Origin: Heterodontus francisci
Lineage: Eukaryota
NCBI RefSeq assembly: GCF_036365525.1
Contig: NC_090404.1
Span: 7,812,001 to 7,876,000, forward strand
DNA length: 64,000 nt
Direction of reading: 5' to 3'
Part shown: positions 39,079 through 51,009 of the stretch, piece by piece
Position numbering within the stretch: the stretch's first letter is position 1
How the letters are laid out: each line of letters opens with the position of its first letter
Notes under the pieces: generated by a model
The model's input: only the letters and a program-made list of their open reading frames with translations
What the model was told of the DNA's origin: nothing
Databases searched by the model: none
Translations under genes and position numbers: made by a program

Positions 39079-41480
39079 GTCAAACTGTCTCTCAGATCAA
39101 TTCGAGATATAATGTCTCTCAGATCAATTAGAGATCCAACTGTCTCTCAAATCAATTAGAGATCCAACTGTCTCAGATCAATTAGAGATCCAACTGTCTC
39201 AGATCAATTAGAGATGAAACTGTCTCCCAGATCAATTCGAGATCCAACTGTCTCTCAGACCAATTAGAGATCCAACTGTCTCTCAAATCAATTAGAGATC
39301 CAACTGTCTCTCAGATCAATTAGAGATCCAACTGTCTCAGATCAATTAGAGATCCAACTGTCTCAGATCAATTAGAGATGAAACTGTCTCCCAGATCAAT
39401 TCGAGATCCAACTGTCTCTCAGACCAATTAGAGATCCAACTGTCTCAGATCAATTAGAGATCCAACTGTCTCAGATCAATTAGAGATCCAACTGTCTCAG
39501 ATCAATTAGAGATGAAACTGTCTCCCAGATCAATTCGAGATCCAACTGTCTCTCAGACCAATTAGAGATCCAACTGTCTCAGATCAATTAGAGATCCAAC
39601 TGTCTCAGATCAATTAGAGATGAAACTGTCTCCCAGATCAATTCGAGATCCAACTGTCTCTCAGACCAATTAGAGATCCAACTGTCTCTCAAATCAATTA
39701 GAGATCCAACTGTCTCTCAGATCAATTAGAGATCCAACTGTCTCTCAGATCAATTAGAGATCCAACTGTCTCTCAGATCAATTAGAGATGAAACTGTCTC
39801 CCAGATCAATTCGAGATCCAACTGTCTCTCAGACCAATTAGAGATCCAACTGTCTCTCAAATCAATTAGAGATCCAACTGTCTCTCAGATCAATTAGAGA
39901 TGAAACTGTCTCCCAGATCAATTCGAGATCCAACTGTCTCTCAGACCAATTAGAGATCCAACTGTCTCTCAAATCAATTAGAGATCCAACTGTCTCTCAG
40001 ATCAATTAGAGATGAAACTGTCTCCCAGATCAATTCGAGATCCAACTGTCTCTCAGACCAATTAGAGATCCAACTGTCTCTCAAATCAATTAGAGATCCA
40101 ACTGTCTCTCAGATCAATTAGAGATCCAACTGTCTCTCAGACCAATTAGAGATCCAACTGTCTCTCAAATCAATTAGAGATCCAACTGTCTCTCAAATCA
40201 ATTAGAGATCCAACTGTCTCTCAGACCAATTAGAGATCCAACTGTCTCTCAAATCAATTAGAGATCCAACTGTCTCAGATCAATTAGAGATCCAACTGTC
40301 TCAGATCAATTAGAGATCCAACTGTCTCTCAAATCAATTAGAGATCAAACTGTCTCTCAGATCAATTAGAGATCCAATTGTCTCTCAGATCAATTAGATA
40401 TCAAACTGTCTCAGATCAATTAGAGATCCAACTGTCTCTCAAATCAATTAGAGATCAAACTGTCTCTCAGATCAATTAGAGATCCAACTGTCTCTCAAAT
40501 CAATTAGAGATCCAACTGTCTCTCAAATCAATTAGAGATCAAACTGTCTCTCAGATCAATTAGAGATCCAACTGTCTCTCAAATCAATTAGAGATCAAAC
40601 TGTCTCAGATCAATTAGAGATCCAACTGTCTCTCAAATCAATTAGAGATCAAACTGTCTCTCAGATCAATTAGAGATCCAACTGTCTCTCAAATCAATTA
40701 GAGATCCAACTGTCTCAGATCAATTAGAGATCCAACTGTCTCTCAAATCAATTAGAGATCAAACTGTCTCTCAGATCAATTAGAGATCCAACTGTCTCTC
40801 AAATCAATTAGAGATCAAACTGTCTCTCAGATCAATTAGAGATCCAATTGTCTGTCAGATCAACTAGAGATCAAACTGTCTCTCAGATCAATTAGAGATC
40901 AAACTGTCTCTCAGATCGATTAGAGATCCAACTGTCTCTCAGATCGATTAGAGATCCAACTATCTCTCAGATCAGTTAGAGATCCAACTGTCTCTCAAAT
41001 CAATTAGAGATCAAACTGTCTCTCAGATCAATTAGAGATCCAATTGTCTCTCAGATCAATTAGAGATCAAACTGTCTCTCAGATCGATTAGAGATCCAAC
41101 TGTCTCTCAGATCGATTAGAGATCCAACTGTCTCTCAAATCAATTAGAGATCCAATTGTCTCTCAGATCAACTAGAGATCAAACTGTCTCTCAGATCAAT
41201 TAGAGATCAAACTGTCTCTCAGATCGATTAGAGATCCAACTGTCTCTCAGATCGATTAGAGATCCAACTATCTCTCAGATCAATTAGAGATCCAACTGTC
41301 TCTCAAATCAATTAGAGATCAAACTGTCTCTCAGATCAATTAGAGATCCAACTGTCTCTCAGATCGATTAGAGATCCAATTGTCTCTCAGATCAATTAGA
41401 GATCAAACTGTGTCTCAGATCAATTAAAGATCAAACTATCTCTCAGATCAATTAGAGATCAAACTGTGTCTCAGATCAAT
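39079..41480. repeat. Tandem satellite, 26/28-bp unit AGATCAATTAGAGATCCAACTGTCTC(TC), ~2.4 kb
   Basis: Direct inspection. Variant units (GATGAAAC..CCC, ATTCGAG, GACCAAT, TCAAATC, GATCGAT) recur in ordered higher-order blocks. Confidence 0.97.
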
Positions 41481-41584
41481 GTCAGATGCAGATGAATATT
41501 TTTGTGGGTCTTTGTCTCTCTGATGAGCAGAAGGCAATGTTAATGTCTCAGATCTCTGGAAAAGAAGCAAATACTTGTGGTTAA

Positions 41585-41724
41585 GGAAATGACATCAGTT
41601 TTTCGGTCCGCACAGAACGAATGGGCCAAGTGACCTCTTTCTGTGCCTGAATCTTTCTATCAGACCAGTCAGAGCCAACCCTCTCAGCTTCTATCCATTT
41701 GATGTCTTGCAGGAAGTGACATCA
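41585..41724 (+). promoter_or_regulatory. TCR V promoter: two Ets/CRE-like composites (GGAAATGACATCA; GGAAGTGACATCA containing the AGTGACATCA decamer)
   Basis: The decamer at 41715-41724 lies just upstream of the leader exon. AGTGAYRTCA is the established TCR V promoter CRE decamer. Confidence 0.6.
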
Positions 41725-41731
41725 GGCCAAC

Positions 41732-42905
41732 ATGAGGTTGTTCCTGTTCGATGCTTTGCAGGTTGCGGAGACACAAAAACATCCCTCAAATTCCGGAGCA
41801 GCTGTAATACGGTTCCCCGTCCTCGCCTTTTTCTGGGTTTCATTCATTCTCGGTAAGAAATTTAACATTTTTAAAAGGGATTAATTTCCAGAGGAATAAA
41901 TTTTCAGAACAGCGCCTTCATGTTAAACTTGTATCCAACTTGTTTCGACCACAATTGGGTTATTGTGAGCAGTTCTGGTCTCCAGATTGCAACAAGGATA
42001 TCGGGACACGGGAGGAAGTACAAGAAGGATTTGCAAGACTGATACCAGAATTGAGAGATAATTTAGCAAACACCATTGTCAGGCTGAGGCTCTTTTCTCT
42101 AATAAAGAGAAATCTGAAGGGTAACCTGAGAGATATCTTTAAAATGTGATGGAGTTCGTTAGGGCAGAGGGAGTGAAAATGTTTCCACTTGTAGAGAATT
42201 CCAAGTCTATGGGTCATAAATATAAGAGTCACCAAAAACTCCAGTAGGGAATTCTAGAAAAACTTCTTTACCCAGAGAGTGGTGAGAATGTGGAACTCGC
42301 TACCACAAGGAGGGGTAGAGATGAATAGCATAGATGCATTTAAGAGGAAGCTGGATAACCAGAGGATGGAGAAAGGGCTGGAAGGATATGCTGACAGAGT
42401 GAGATAAAGAGGGCTGGAGGATGCTCCTGGGGAGTGTGAATCCTGGTATGGACTAGTTGGGCCGAATGACCTTTTCTGTTTTCCAAATTCTATTGAAATT
42501 TATGAAACACTGACTGCAAATTTTCACCGTCGGTTCGGTTCAGGTGAAGTTTTAACCGATGATTTCCGCTCTCTTTAACCGTGTGTTCTAGACCTGAGTG
42601 ATGGAGATTCTGTTACTCAGCGGGAATCTTCGCTCACACTGACAGAGGGAAAAGTTGTCACTTTAACCTGCACCTATCCCGGCGATGGTTATTACTTCTA
42701 CTAACGATGGTTAGTACCGCCAATACCCAGGCAGACAGACCGAGATTGCAGTCCGGAGGTACACGAGCGGTGATGCTGAATTGAAGGCGGATTTCGCTCA
42801 GGACCGGTTTTCTGATACAGTCCAGCAGTCAGACAAGTTGTACCGATTGACCATCTCGGAGCTGCGGCTGTCTGACACCGCGGTCTATTACTGCGCACTG
42901 AGTCT
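41732..42905 (+). pseudogene. TCR alpha/delta V pseudogene (leader exon to 41852; V exon 42592-42905)
   Basis: Leader ...IRFPVLAFFWVSFIL|gtaaga, in frame with ATG 41732. V reads DLSDGDSVTQRESSLTLTEGKVVTLTCTYPGDGYYFY*, with a 10-bp insertion at the Trp codon, then YRQYPGRQ...LRLSDTAVYYCALS. A CR1 fragment sits in the intron. Confidence 0.88.
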
Positions 42906-42944
42906 CACAGTAATGAGAATGAGCTACAGCCTCGTACAATAACT
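42906..42944 (+). other. 23-RSS
   Basis: CACAGTA-23-ACAATAACT. Confidence 0.85.
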
Positions 42945-43345
42945 GCCACAGGTTTCTGGGTCACAGTTGCTGTCTGCTGAGGGCTGTTTATAACAGCGGA
43001 TCACACACTGATGCGTGAATACATTCCTGTGTGGGCAGAACCCGAGCACAATCCACATAAAGACCATCAAAAATCATTCACATCGAACACTGATTCAGTC
43101 TGATTATCACATTAACTGTGTGAGGGCAGAATGGGCTGCTGTTTATTTGTGTATCTCTGGGAACTCGCCATTCACATTGAGAATACAAACTCCAGCAGGT
43201 GGCCTGGAACTAGTTATATCCGTGTACCACTGCCTCCGATATAACTCACTGTAAATGGGCAAAAATGTTTGGTTCCAAACATTTATAATGTAGGTAGAGA
43301 CACGACACATGGGAAAGATCCTAATAATTAAAGTAACTTGATACG

Positions 43346-45540
43346 AACATACGAATTAAGAGTAGATGTAGGCCATTCGGCCCCCTGACGTGCTCCGCCA
43401 TTCAATCAGATCATTGCTGATCTGTTTTTGTTTCAAATTCCACATTCCCATCTACCCCCGATAACCTTTGATTCCCTTGCCTAACAAGAATCTATCCACC
43501 GTTACCTTAAAATTATTCAGTGACTCCCGCCTCCACCAGCTTCTGAGGCAGAGAGTTCCAAAGTCGCTTAACCCTCTGAGAGAAAACATTTCTCTTCATC
43601 TCGGTCCGAAAAGGACGACACCTAATTTTAAAACAGTGCCCCCTAGTTCTGGACTCCCCCACAAGAGGAAACATCCTTTCCACATCCACCTTGTCAGCAA
43701 TGTTCATGATCTTATATGTTTCAATCAAACCACCCCTCACCCTTCAAATCTCTAGTGTAAACAAGCCCAGTCTGTCCAACCCTTCCTCAAAAGGCAACCA
43801 GATCATTCCAGGTATCAATTTAGTAAACCTCCTCTGAACCGCTTCCAACGTATTTACAGCGTTCCTTTAATATCAAGAACAAAACTACACACAGCATTCG
43901 AGATGTGGTCTCACCAATGCCCTGCATAACATCCTTATTTTTATTTTAAATTCCTCTTGTAATAAAGGATAGCATTCCATCCACCGTCTTTATTACTTGC
44001 TGTACCTGTATACTAACTTTTTGTGACTCATGCACCAGAACATCTCGATCCTCTGCATCCCGGAATTCTGCAGTAGTTATCCATTTAAGTAATACTCGGC
44101 TTTTTCATTTTTCCTGCCAAAGTGAAGATTTTCCCACATTAAACTCCATCTGCCAGATTTTTGCTCACACACTCAACCTATCTCTATCGATCTGCAACCT
44201 CCTTCCGTCCTCTTCACAACATACTTTACCACATATCTTTGTGTCATCTACAAATTTAGCGACCATGCCATTGCTCTCCTCATCTAAGTCAGTGAGATAC
44301 ATTTTGAGAACTTGAGGCCCCAGCACGGACGCCTGCGGGACTCCACTCGTCACATCCGGCCAATCAGAAAAGGGCCCATTTATGCATACTCTCTGTTTCC
44401 TGCCAGACGGCCAATCTTCTATCCATGCTGACATGTTACCCATTACACTGTGAGCTCCTACTTTACGTAATAACCTTTTATGTGGCACCTTGTCAAATGC
44501 CTTCTGGAAATCCAACGTCAACAGGCTCCCCCTTATCGACGCACATGTGACTCCTTCAAAAAACTTCAATATATGAGGTAAACATGATCTCCCTTTCACA
44601 AAGCCATGCTGACTGTTCCCTTGAGATTCTCTAAGTACCCAGATATAGCCTCCTTAATGATCGATTCTAACACCTTCCCCACAACGGAGGTCAAGCTATT
44701 TGGCCTATGGCTATCTTTTTTCTGCCTCTCCTCATTCTTGAACAGAGGGGTTATATTTGCTATTTTCCGGTCTGATGGAACCTTTCAAGAATCTAGTGAT
44801 TTTTGAAAAATTAACACCAACGCATCTATTGCCACATTAGTCCCCTATTTTAAAACCCGAGGATGAAGCCCATCAGGGCCCGGGGGTTTGTCAGTCCGCA
44901 GCTCCATCAGTTTGCTCAGTACCGCTTCCCTGGTGATTGTATTTCACCAAGTTCATCTCTTCCTTCCATCTCCTGATTGACAGCTATTACTGGAAAGTAT
45001 TTTGTATCCTCGATAGTCAAGACAGAAGCAAAATATTTGTTCATTTCATCCACAATTTCCTTATTATCTACCATTAACTCCCCATTCTCATTCTCTAGAA
45101 GATCAACACTCACTTTACTTACTCTTTCCCTTTTTAAATACCTGTAGAAACTCTTGCTGTTCGTTTTTTATATTTCTAGCTAGCTACCTCTCATACTGTA
45201 ATTTCGTTCTCCTGATTAACCTTTTAATCATTCCCTGCCGTTCTTAATATTCTAATGAACCATCTGACCTGCCATTCATTTCTGCGCAATTACATGCCTT
45301 TTTATTAAGTTTGTTGCTTTCCTTCGCTTCTTTAGTTAAACACAGATAGTGGGTTCTCACCTTAGAATTTGTATTTATAGTAGGAATATACTTACCCTGA
45401 GTATTCTGAAATATCCCCTTGAATGTCTGCCACTGCTTCTCCATTAATCTATCTCCTAGCCTAGTAACCCAGTTCACTTCAGCTAGATCAGCTTTCATGC
45501 CCACATAGTTGTCTTTATTTAAGCTTAGAATACGAGTCAC
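43346..45540 (-). mobile_element. CR1-type LINE fragment (paralog of 5321-6845)
   Basis: ORF 44165-44599 with DFQKAFDKVPH, GVPQASVLGP and KFVDDTK. Confidence 0.87.
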
Positions 45541-46839
45541 TTCTCAATCTTAAAGACACTTACACATACTAACACTAAGAATCTACAATATAATCAGGTT
45601 TTATAACCTGAGGTCGTTTTCAGGACAGGATTAGAAGCTGATGAACAATGATTAATGGACTAATAATCTGTAAGGACAGGTGTGAAGTGTCTGTGTCCCG
45701 GACCAGATGGTCAGAAGAACGACTGAATACTAAATGCTAGTAGAAAAAGTATCAGAGAGGCTGCGATAGTGAGTTGCAAACCGTGAATAGGACATTGTAC
45801 AAAGACCAGAACACGGCACACAGACTCAATAAAGAGAATAGTGTAAATCAATTACCGTGGTAATATTATTAAAACTAACCTGAATACATTGACATGTTAT
45901 TACGATAGCAAGATTTGATTAAGAATGTAAAATGTGCAGCACATAAAAGCTCAAACAAGTGAAAGATACGAGCTTGAGATGTTTTAGGAACAAGACACTA
46001 ACGCTGTATCAGTTATTATTGCACTAGACCAAGTCTGTTTATATTGCACTAGGCCCTGTCTCAGTTATTAATGCAGTAGAACATGCCTCTCATTATATTA
46101 CACTATGAATGTCTTAGCTATCACCATACTAGGCCAAGCGGGTCTTTATATTACATTAGACCCATTCTCTCTATAGCATATTAGGTCCTATCTCAGTAAC
46201 TAGTTCACCGAAACATGCCTCTCTTTATAATCCGCTGTCCTATATTTTCAATATCTGTGCAGTGAGGCAGAGAGTTTGAAAGTACAGAGAATTTTATCAT
46301 CCTGACTGTAGATCAATGACTCTGACTTCGCCTAATATAGCAAAAGCTTCTCACTCAAAGCCCGCTCTGCCCAGACCGGAGTACCTCACCTACCAAGTAA
46401 CACTTTACTGCGTCACAGACACTGCTTCCCAGGTATGGAAGAGTGCAAGAGTCTGAATCCAGGGTGCTGGTGGAGGTGATGGGGCAGGTGGTGGTTTCTG
46501 CGCTGTGCCAGTGTCCTGAACAGTCCCTCTCTGAGCCTCTCTGAGCCCTCTGCCGCTGGAACCTGAGTCTAAGGTCTGTTATGTGGGGATCATCTTTGAA
46601 CCATTGAGCATAGACAGTCATTGACTGATGCACTATGGAAGCCTGCACTCACCTGTACATGGACATTGATCTGATCTTCCTTTCATTAATTCACTTAAAT
46701 TGCGTAATTTAATAGGTACAATAATTTTACTTTAACCTGCTCTTTCTTTTCCTCTTACCCGATTGTTTTTTTTATCAACCAGTCTTTCAAACTATTTTCC
46801 CATCTGTTTATGGCCAGGCTGCGTTTGCTGACAACGCAG

Positions 46840-46854
46840 CCACTAGGTGGCGCT
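46840..46854 (+). promoter_or_regulatory. CTCF-consensus site inside a block-B-specific ~62-bp insertion
   Basis: CCACTAGGTGGCGCT. The insertion (~46815-46876) is absent at the paralogous position ~8958. Confidence 0.6.
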
Positions 46855-48583
46855 GCACTGGCACATGCCGCCTGTTCAAAGTGGGCGTCTGAAGATTGCG
46901 AAGGGAATTGGGGAGATGGGGAGAAAGGAGCAAAAGGAAAAGGCAGAAAGATGGAGATAAATAGAGGTGAAAAATCCCTAGACATGGAGCAGAAAATTCA
47001 ACAACAGCTTAATATTATGAAATAGTACAACGAAAGGAAGATCTGAGCAATGTACCACTGTAAGTGCATGAGGCCCACACATACGATCAGTCATCTCCTT
47101 GTATGTACTCAATGTTTAAAGTCACTTGTGCAGGTGAATGAGGCTCCCGCTGTGCATCAACCCAGGTACTGTCTGTATTGAATGGTTAAAAATCTTAACA
47201 ATGTAACTGTGCAGATGAGCGAGGCTCCCCGAGGTATATCAGCTCAGTATCTCTCCATATTCAATGGTTAACGTTATGAGCAATGTACCTGTACAGATGG
47301 GTGAGTGCGGCCCCCTATCTGCATCAGCTCAGTGCATGTCTGTTCTCAATCTTTCAAGATTTGATAGATGTCCCAGTGCAGATGAGTCAGGCTTCAAACG
47401 GTGGATCAGCTCAGTGTCTGTCTGGTTTCAATGGATAGAATTATGAGGTTTTTGCCTGTGGAGGTGAGGGAAGCTCCTCTCAATGGAACCGCCCGATTTC
47501 AGTGTGGTCTCAATGATTGAAGCCATGAGCAATGTCCTGCGCAGATGGATGAGTGAGGCACCTCAAGGTGCATCAGCTCACTGTCTACTCTCAATGGTTA
47601 AAAATTTGATCAATGGGGTTGTGCAGCTGAGTGACTCCGTCCTCCATAGATCAGCCCTGTGCCTGTCTGTTTACTTTGAGAGCTGCCAAATGAGCAACGC
47701 AGATAAAGGTGAGACTGAGTACAGTGATACAGAGAGACATCAACAAAGGGAGATAGATAAAGGTGAGACTTAATTCAGTGAGTGTTACAGAGAGACACGA
47801 ATTTGATAGCATAGAAGAAAGCCATTCGGCCCATCGTTCCGGCTCTTTGAAAGAGCTATCCAGACAGGTCCACTCTACAGTCCTTCTCCAAAGCTTTGAA
47901 AATCTTTCCTTTTCAAGTAATTATCAAATTTCCGTTTGAAAATTACTATGGAATCTGCTTCCACCGCCCCTTCAGGTAATTTATTCCAGCTCATAACAAC
48001 TCACTGAACAAAAGAAATCTCCTCATCTTACCCACACCCCCACCTTCTTCCTTTACCAATTATCTTCAATCTGCGCCTTGACATCCTCCCTGAAGTATGG
48101 ATTGAAATAAACTCAATCATTATTTCTCCTTCAGATCATCTTTAAGGATTTGTGATCTCTTAAGATTGGCCTGATGGGGGCAACATTTGTTACGTTAAAG
48201 GTACTACATAAATACAAGTTGCTGTTGCAGCAGACATAAGAAGAATATTTTTATGCAACGGGATTTTATGCTTTGGAATATACTGCCTGATGGCTCAGCG
48301 TGAGCAGATTCAATGGTTACATTCAAAAGTAAAAGCGTATTGAATAAATACTGATGTGCAAAAATGATGCATCAATCAGACAGTTTCTGTGCGTTGTTCA
48401 AAGTTTAAAGTTGTTTTGATAAAGCACGCGAGATAAGGCATCGGTGGACATTAGGGTGCCGCGGCAGCCTATCAGGCGGTGCTGTGAGGTCGATGAAACC
48501 ATAGGTCATGTTTGTCTTTATATATATATATATTTGTATGGCTGGGGAAGCAGTTATCGCTCGATATAGACGTTAACAAGCCA

Positions 48584-48681
48584 GTTCTGAAGAAGGGTCA
48601 CTGACATGAAAAGTTAACTCTGCTTCTCTCTCCACGGATGCTGCCTGACCTGCTGAGTATTTCCAGCATTTCTTGTTTTTA
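48584..48681 (+). mobile_element. Short Penelope-like remnant with degenerate hammerhead motif and apparent target-site duplication
   Basis: AGTT-CTGAAGA-AGGGTCACTGACAT-GAAA-AGTT-AACT, flanked by ttaacaagcca and ttaacacgcca. Absent from the paralog at ~11455. Confidence 0.55.
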
Positions 48682-49689
48682 TTAACACGCCATGCGTTGA
48701 CTTCAGCTGATGCAGTGGGAATGGTTGTGATGCGGCCAGGAATGGATCTCTCAGTGCAAGAGTTCAATATGAGGGCGATCGTCTGACTTAGATGGAAACA
48801 GTTACAATTTGAGCTTTTGCTCATGTTTCTGTGACGTACCTTGGTTCTGAAGACGTCTTTTGTTCTTTGCTGCCCTTTCCGTGCCTGCCTACAATATTGA
48901 GCAGCCCTTTCCCCATCTCCCCTGCCAGCCTCTGACCGAGGGCTGTTAGCAGGGTTTATTTGATCAGAGTGTGGTGCTGGCTCCGAGACAGTTTACACAC
49001 AATGAACAGATTTCACAAGGTAATGACTGTGATCTCAAAAACTAGCCCCAATCACAGACTTCTCCCAATGTCCATTGTCCTCCAAATGACAGGTAGAATT
49101 TATTCTTTGAGTATATTGTGTATATCTGCCTGGATATGGACAATGTAACTGGACTGTCCTTCAGTTCAGACGTTTAACCGAGGCCCCGCCAGCCCGTTCA
49201 GGGAGATGTTAAAGAATCCCCGACACTATTGGAATAAGAGCGGGGAGGGGGGATTTTCCCGGTGTCCTGGGTCCACATTCCAACCTCAACAAACACCACC
49301 CAATAAAAACACATGCAGCGACCTCCCAGCTCATTACTGTGGGGGAAAGGAGGGCGGCAGCCTCCACTGAAAGAACAACTCCATCAGCCCCACCCCTGGT
49401 ACATCAGACTAATGTAGGAGGGGATTTCACATCGGGCTCACAGACCCAATGAAGCGACAGGAAACTGCAGGTTCCCTCTTTAAACCTGTCGCTTATTCAC
49501 ACAACACACAGCCAGAGACCAGGGAACCGTGCGGCCCATCAATGATCTCCGGGACACTGCCCTCTGCAAATCAACTCGATCCCCTGAAGTATTTCAGTCC
49601 AGCTCTGAGGTCCAGTCTCCCAGAGCAGTCCAGGGCTGCAGTCTCCAGCTCCCCGTTCATAGAAACCATCAGCTCCAGGCAGCAGAACG

Positions 49690-50204
49690 ATGGGAATCCT
49701 CCTTGTTTTCACCCTGTGCGTCTGTTTACCCCGTGAGTACCGATCAAACAAACCGACATTGTGTGGATTTAATATAAAGCTGCCCGAGTCCATCCGAATT
49801 ACAGTCACTGTCTCGGGTTTTAGTCTCGTTGTGTGGTTCGGCTCTGATGGCTCATTAAACGCTCTCTGTTTAATTCCCAGGCTCTTTCAGTCAGTCAGTG
49901 ACACAGATCCCGACAGCGGTGACCAAGAAGGAGTGTCAGTCTTTCACCATTACTGTTTACTTTGGACATAATTGGGATATTATTCTTTCCAAGATGGACA
50001 TTTCTTCAGACAAACCATGACGGGACAAAGCCGGTGCGGATCTCCAGCGGAGGGCGATTTGTTGTGTCGTTGAATAAAGCAGAAAAGATATTTTCTCTGC
50101 GAATTCAGGATGTGAGGGCTGAAGACACTTCCACCTATTGCTATAAAGCTGAGTACAGATACAACACACGGTGATGGGCCTCGGCTTTCCACGATACAAT
50201 AACT
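49690..50204 (+). pseudogene. NAR-TCR V pseudogene (leader 49690-49732; V exon 49881-50166; RSS 50167-50204)
   Basis: Same leader. The first canonical Cys is deleted, there are frameshifts, and YYC has become YCY. RSS CACGGTG-22-ACAATAACT. Confidence 0.9.
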
Positions 50205-50528
50205 CTCACTGCAGATTATCACAGAAACAAATGAAAAAGCGGAGTTAATCTGTTGTTGCACTCCACAGTTGCGCCTCGCACCGTCTACCCCACAGTCTAG
50301 TTTGTAATGAAGTTGGATTGTTTCCGTTAACATCTTCAGTTTTTTTAAATGCCGAGTGTGTGCGAATGTTGATGTCTTTCCCGGGATTGGTGTCAGTGAA
50401 TGGTGATTGTGAATAATTGACCCTAGTTACAATTCCCTAACATCAAAAGGAATCATGTTCTGACAACGGAACCGGGACCCGCAACCCCGCCGTTTAACTA
50501 ATGTACCCACATCTCACCAAGTAACGGA

Positions 50529-50599
50529 TGATCTGATGCTGATTTGAAACACTGTGTTTACTGGGTTTTGCCACAGTGGGAGAAACCTGAACAAACACC
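50529..50599 (+). other. NAR-TCR D segment (50557-50571, TTTACTGGGTTTTGC) with 12/12 RSSs
   Basis: CACTGTG at 50550-50556 (5' nonamer decayed); CACAGTG-12-ACAAACACC at 50572-50599. Confidence 0.85.
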
Positions 50600-50921
50600 T
50601 TCATACAATTAAAATAGAAATCCCCCGGGAACGGATCCGAAATTGTAGGTTTGATGTTATTATCGCTGTAATCTGGTTTAATTTTGTTGTAATTTCCTAC
50701 TTTCCTTTATCTTTCTTTAACATTTTCTGTTTATGTGAAGCGTTCAACTCCAGCCCGTGTTCCTGGGCCATTTTACTAAGAGCTCAGAATCTCACAAAGA
50801 ACAGTTAGAACAGACAGGGAATGTGAAACATGGAATATTGTTTTTTGATTAAAACCCTCTTGAATAATTGGGCAGCGCCGACTGTCTGATGATGTGTGAC
50901 CGGCAGATTGAGGTGTCGGTA

Positions 50922-51009
50922 GATTTTTGTACCGGGTTGACTGAGAGCTGTGGCACTGTGGTGTATGATTCTGCGGATGGATCGTGGACGGTGGAGACTG
51001 TCACAGCCG
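50922..51009 (+). pseudogene. NAR-TCR J (50961-51009) with 23-RSS, motif altered
   Basis: GATTTTTGT-23-CACTGTG, then VYDSADGSWTVETVTA|gttagt (DGSG changed to DGSW). No supporting V downstream on this strand. Confidence 0.85.

Noticed and set aside
39079-41480. CRISPR-like array
   Set aside because: Units are contiguous with no unique spacers, and the context is vertebrate; it is a satellite.
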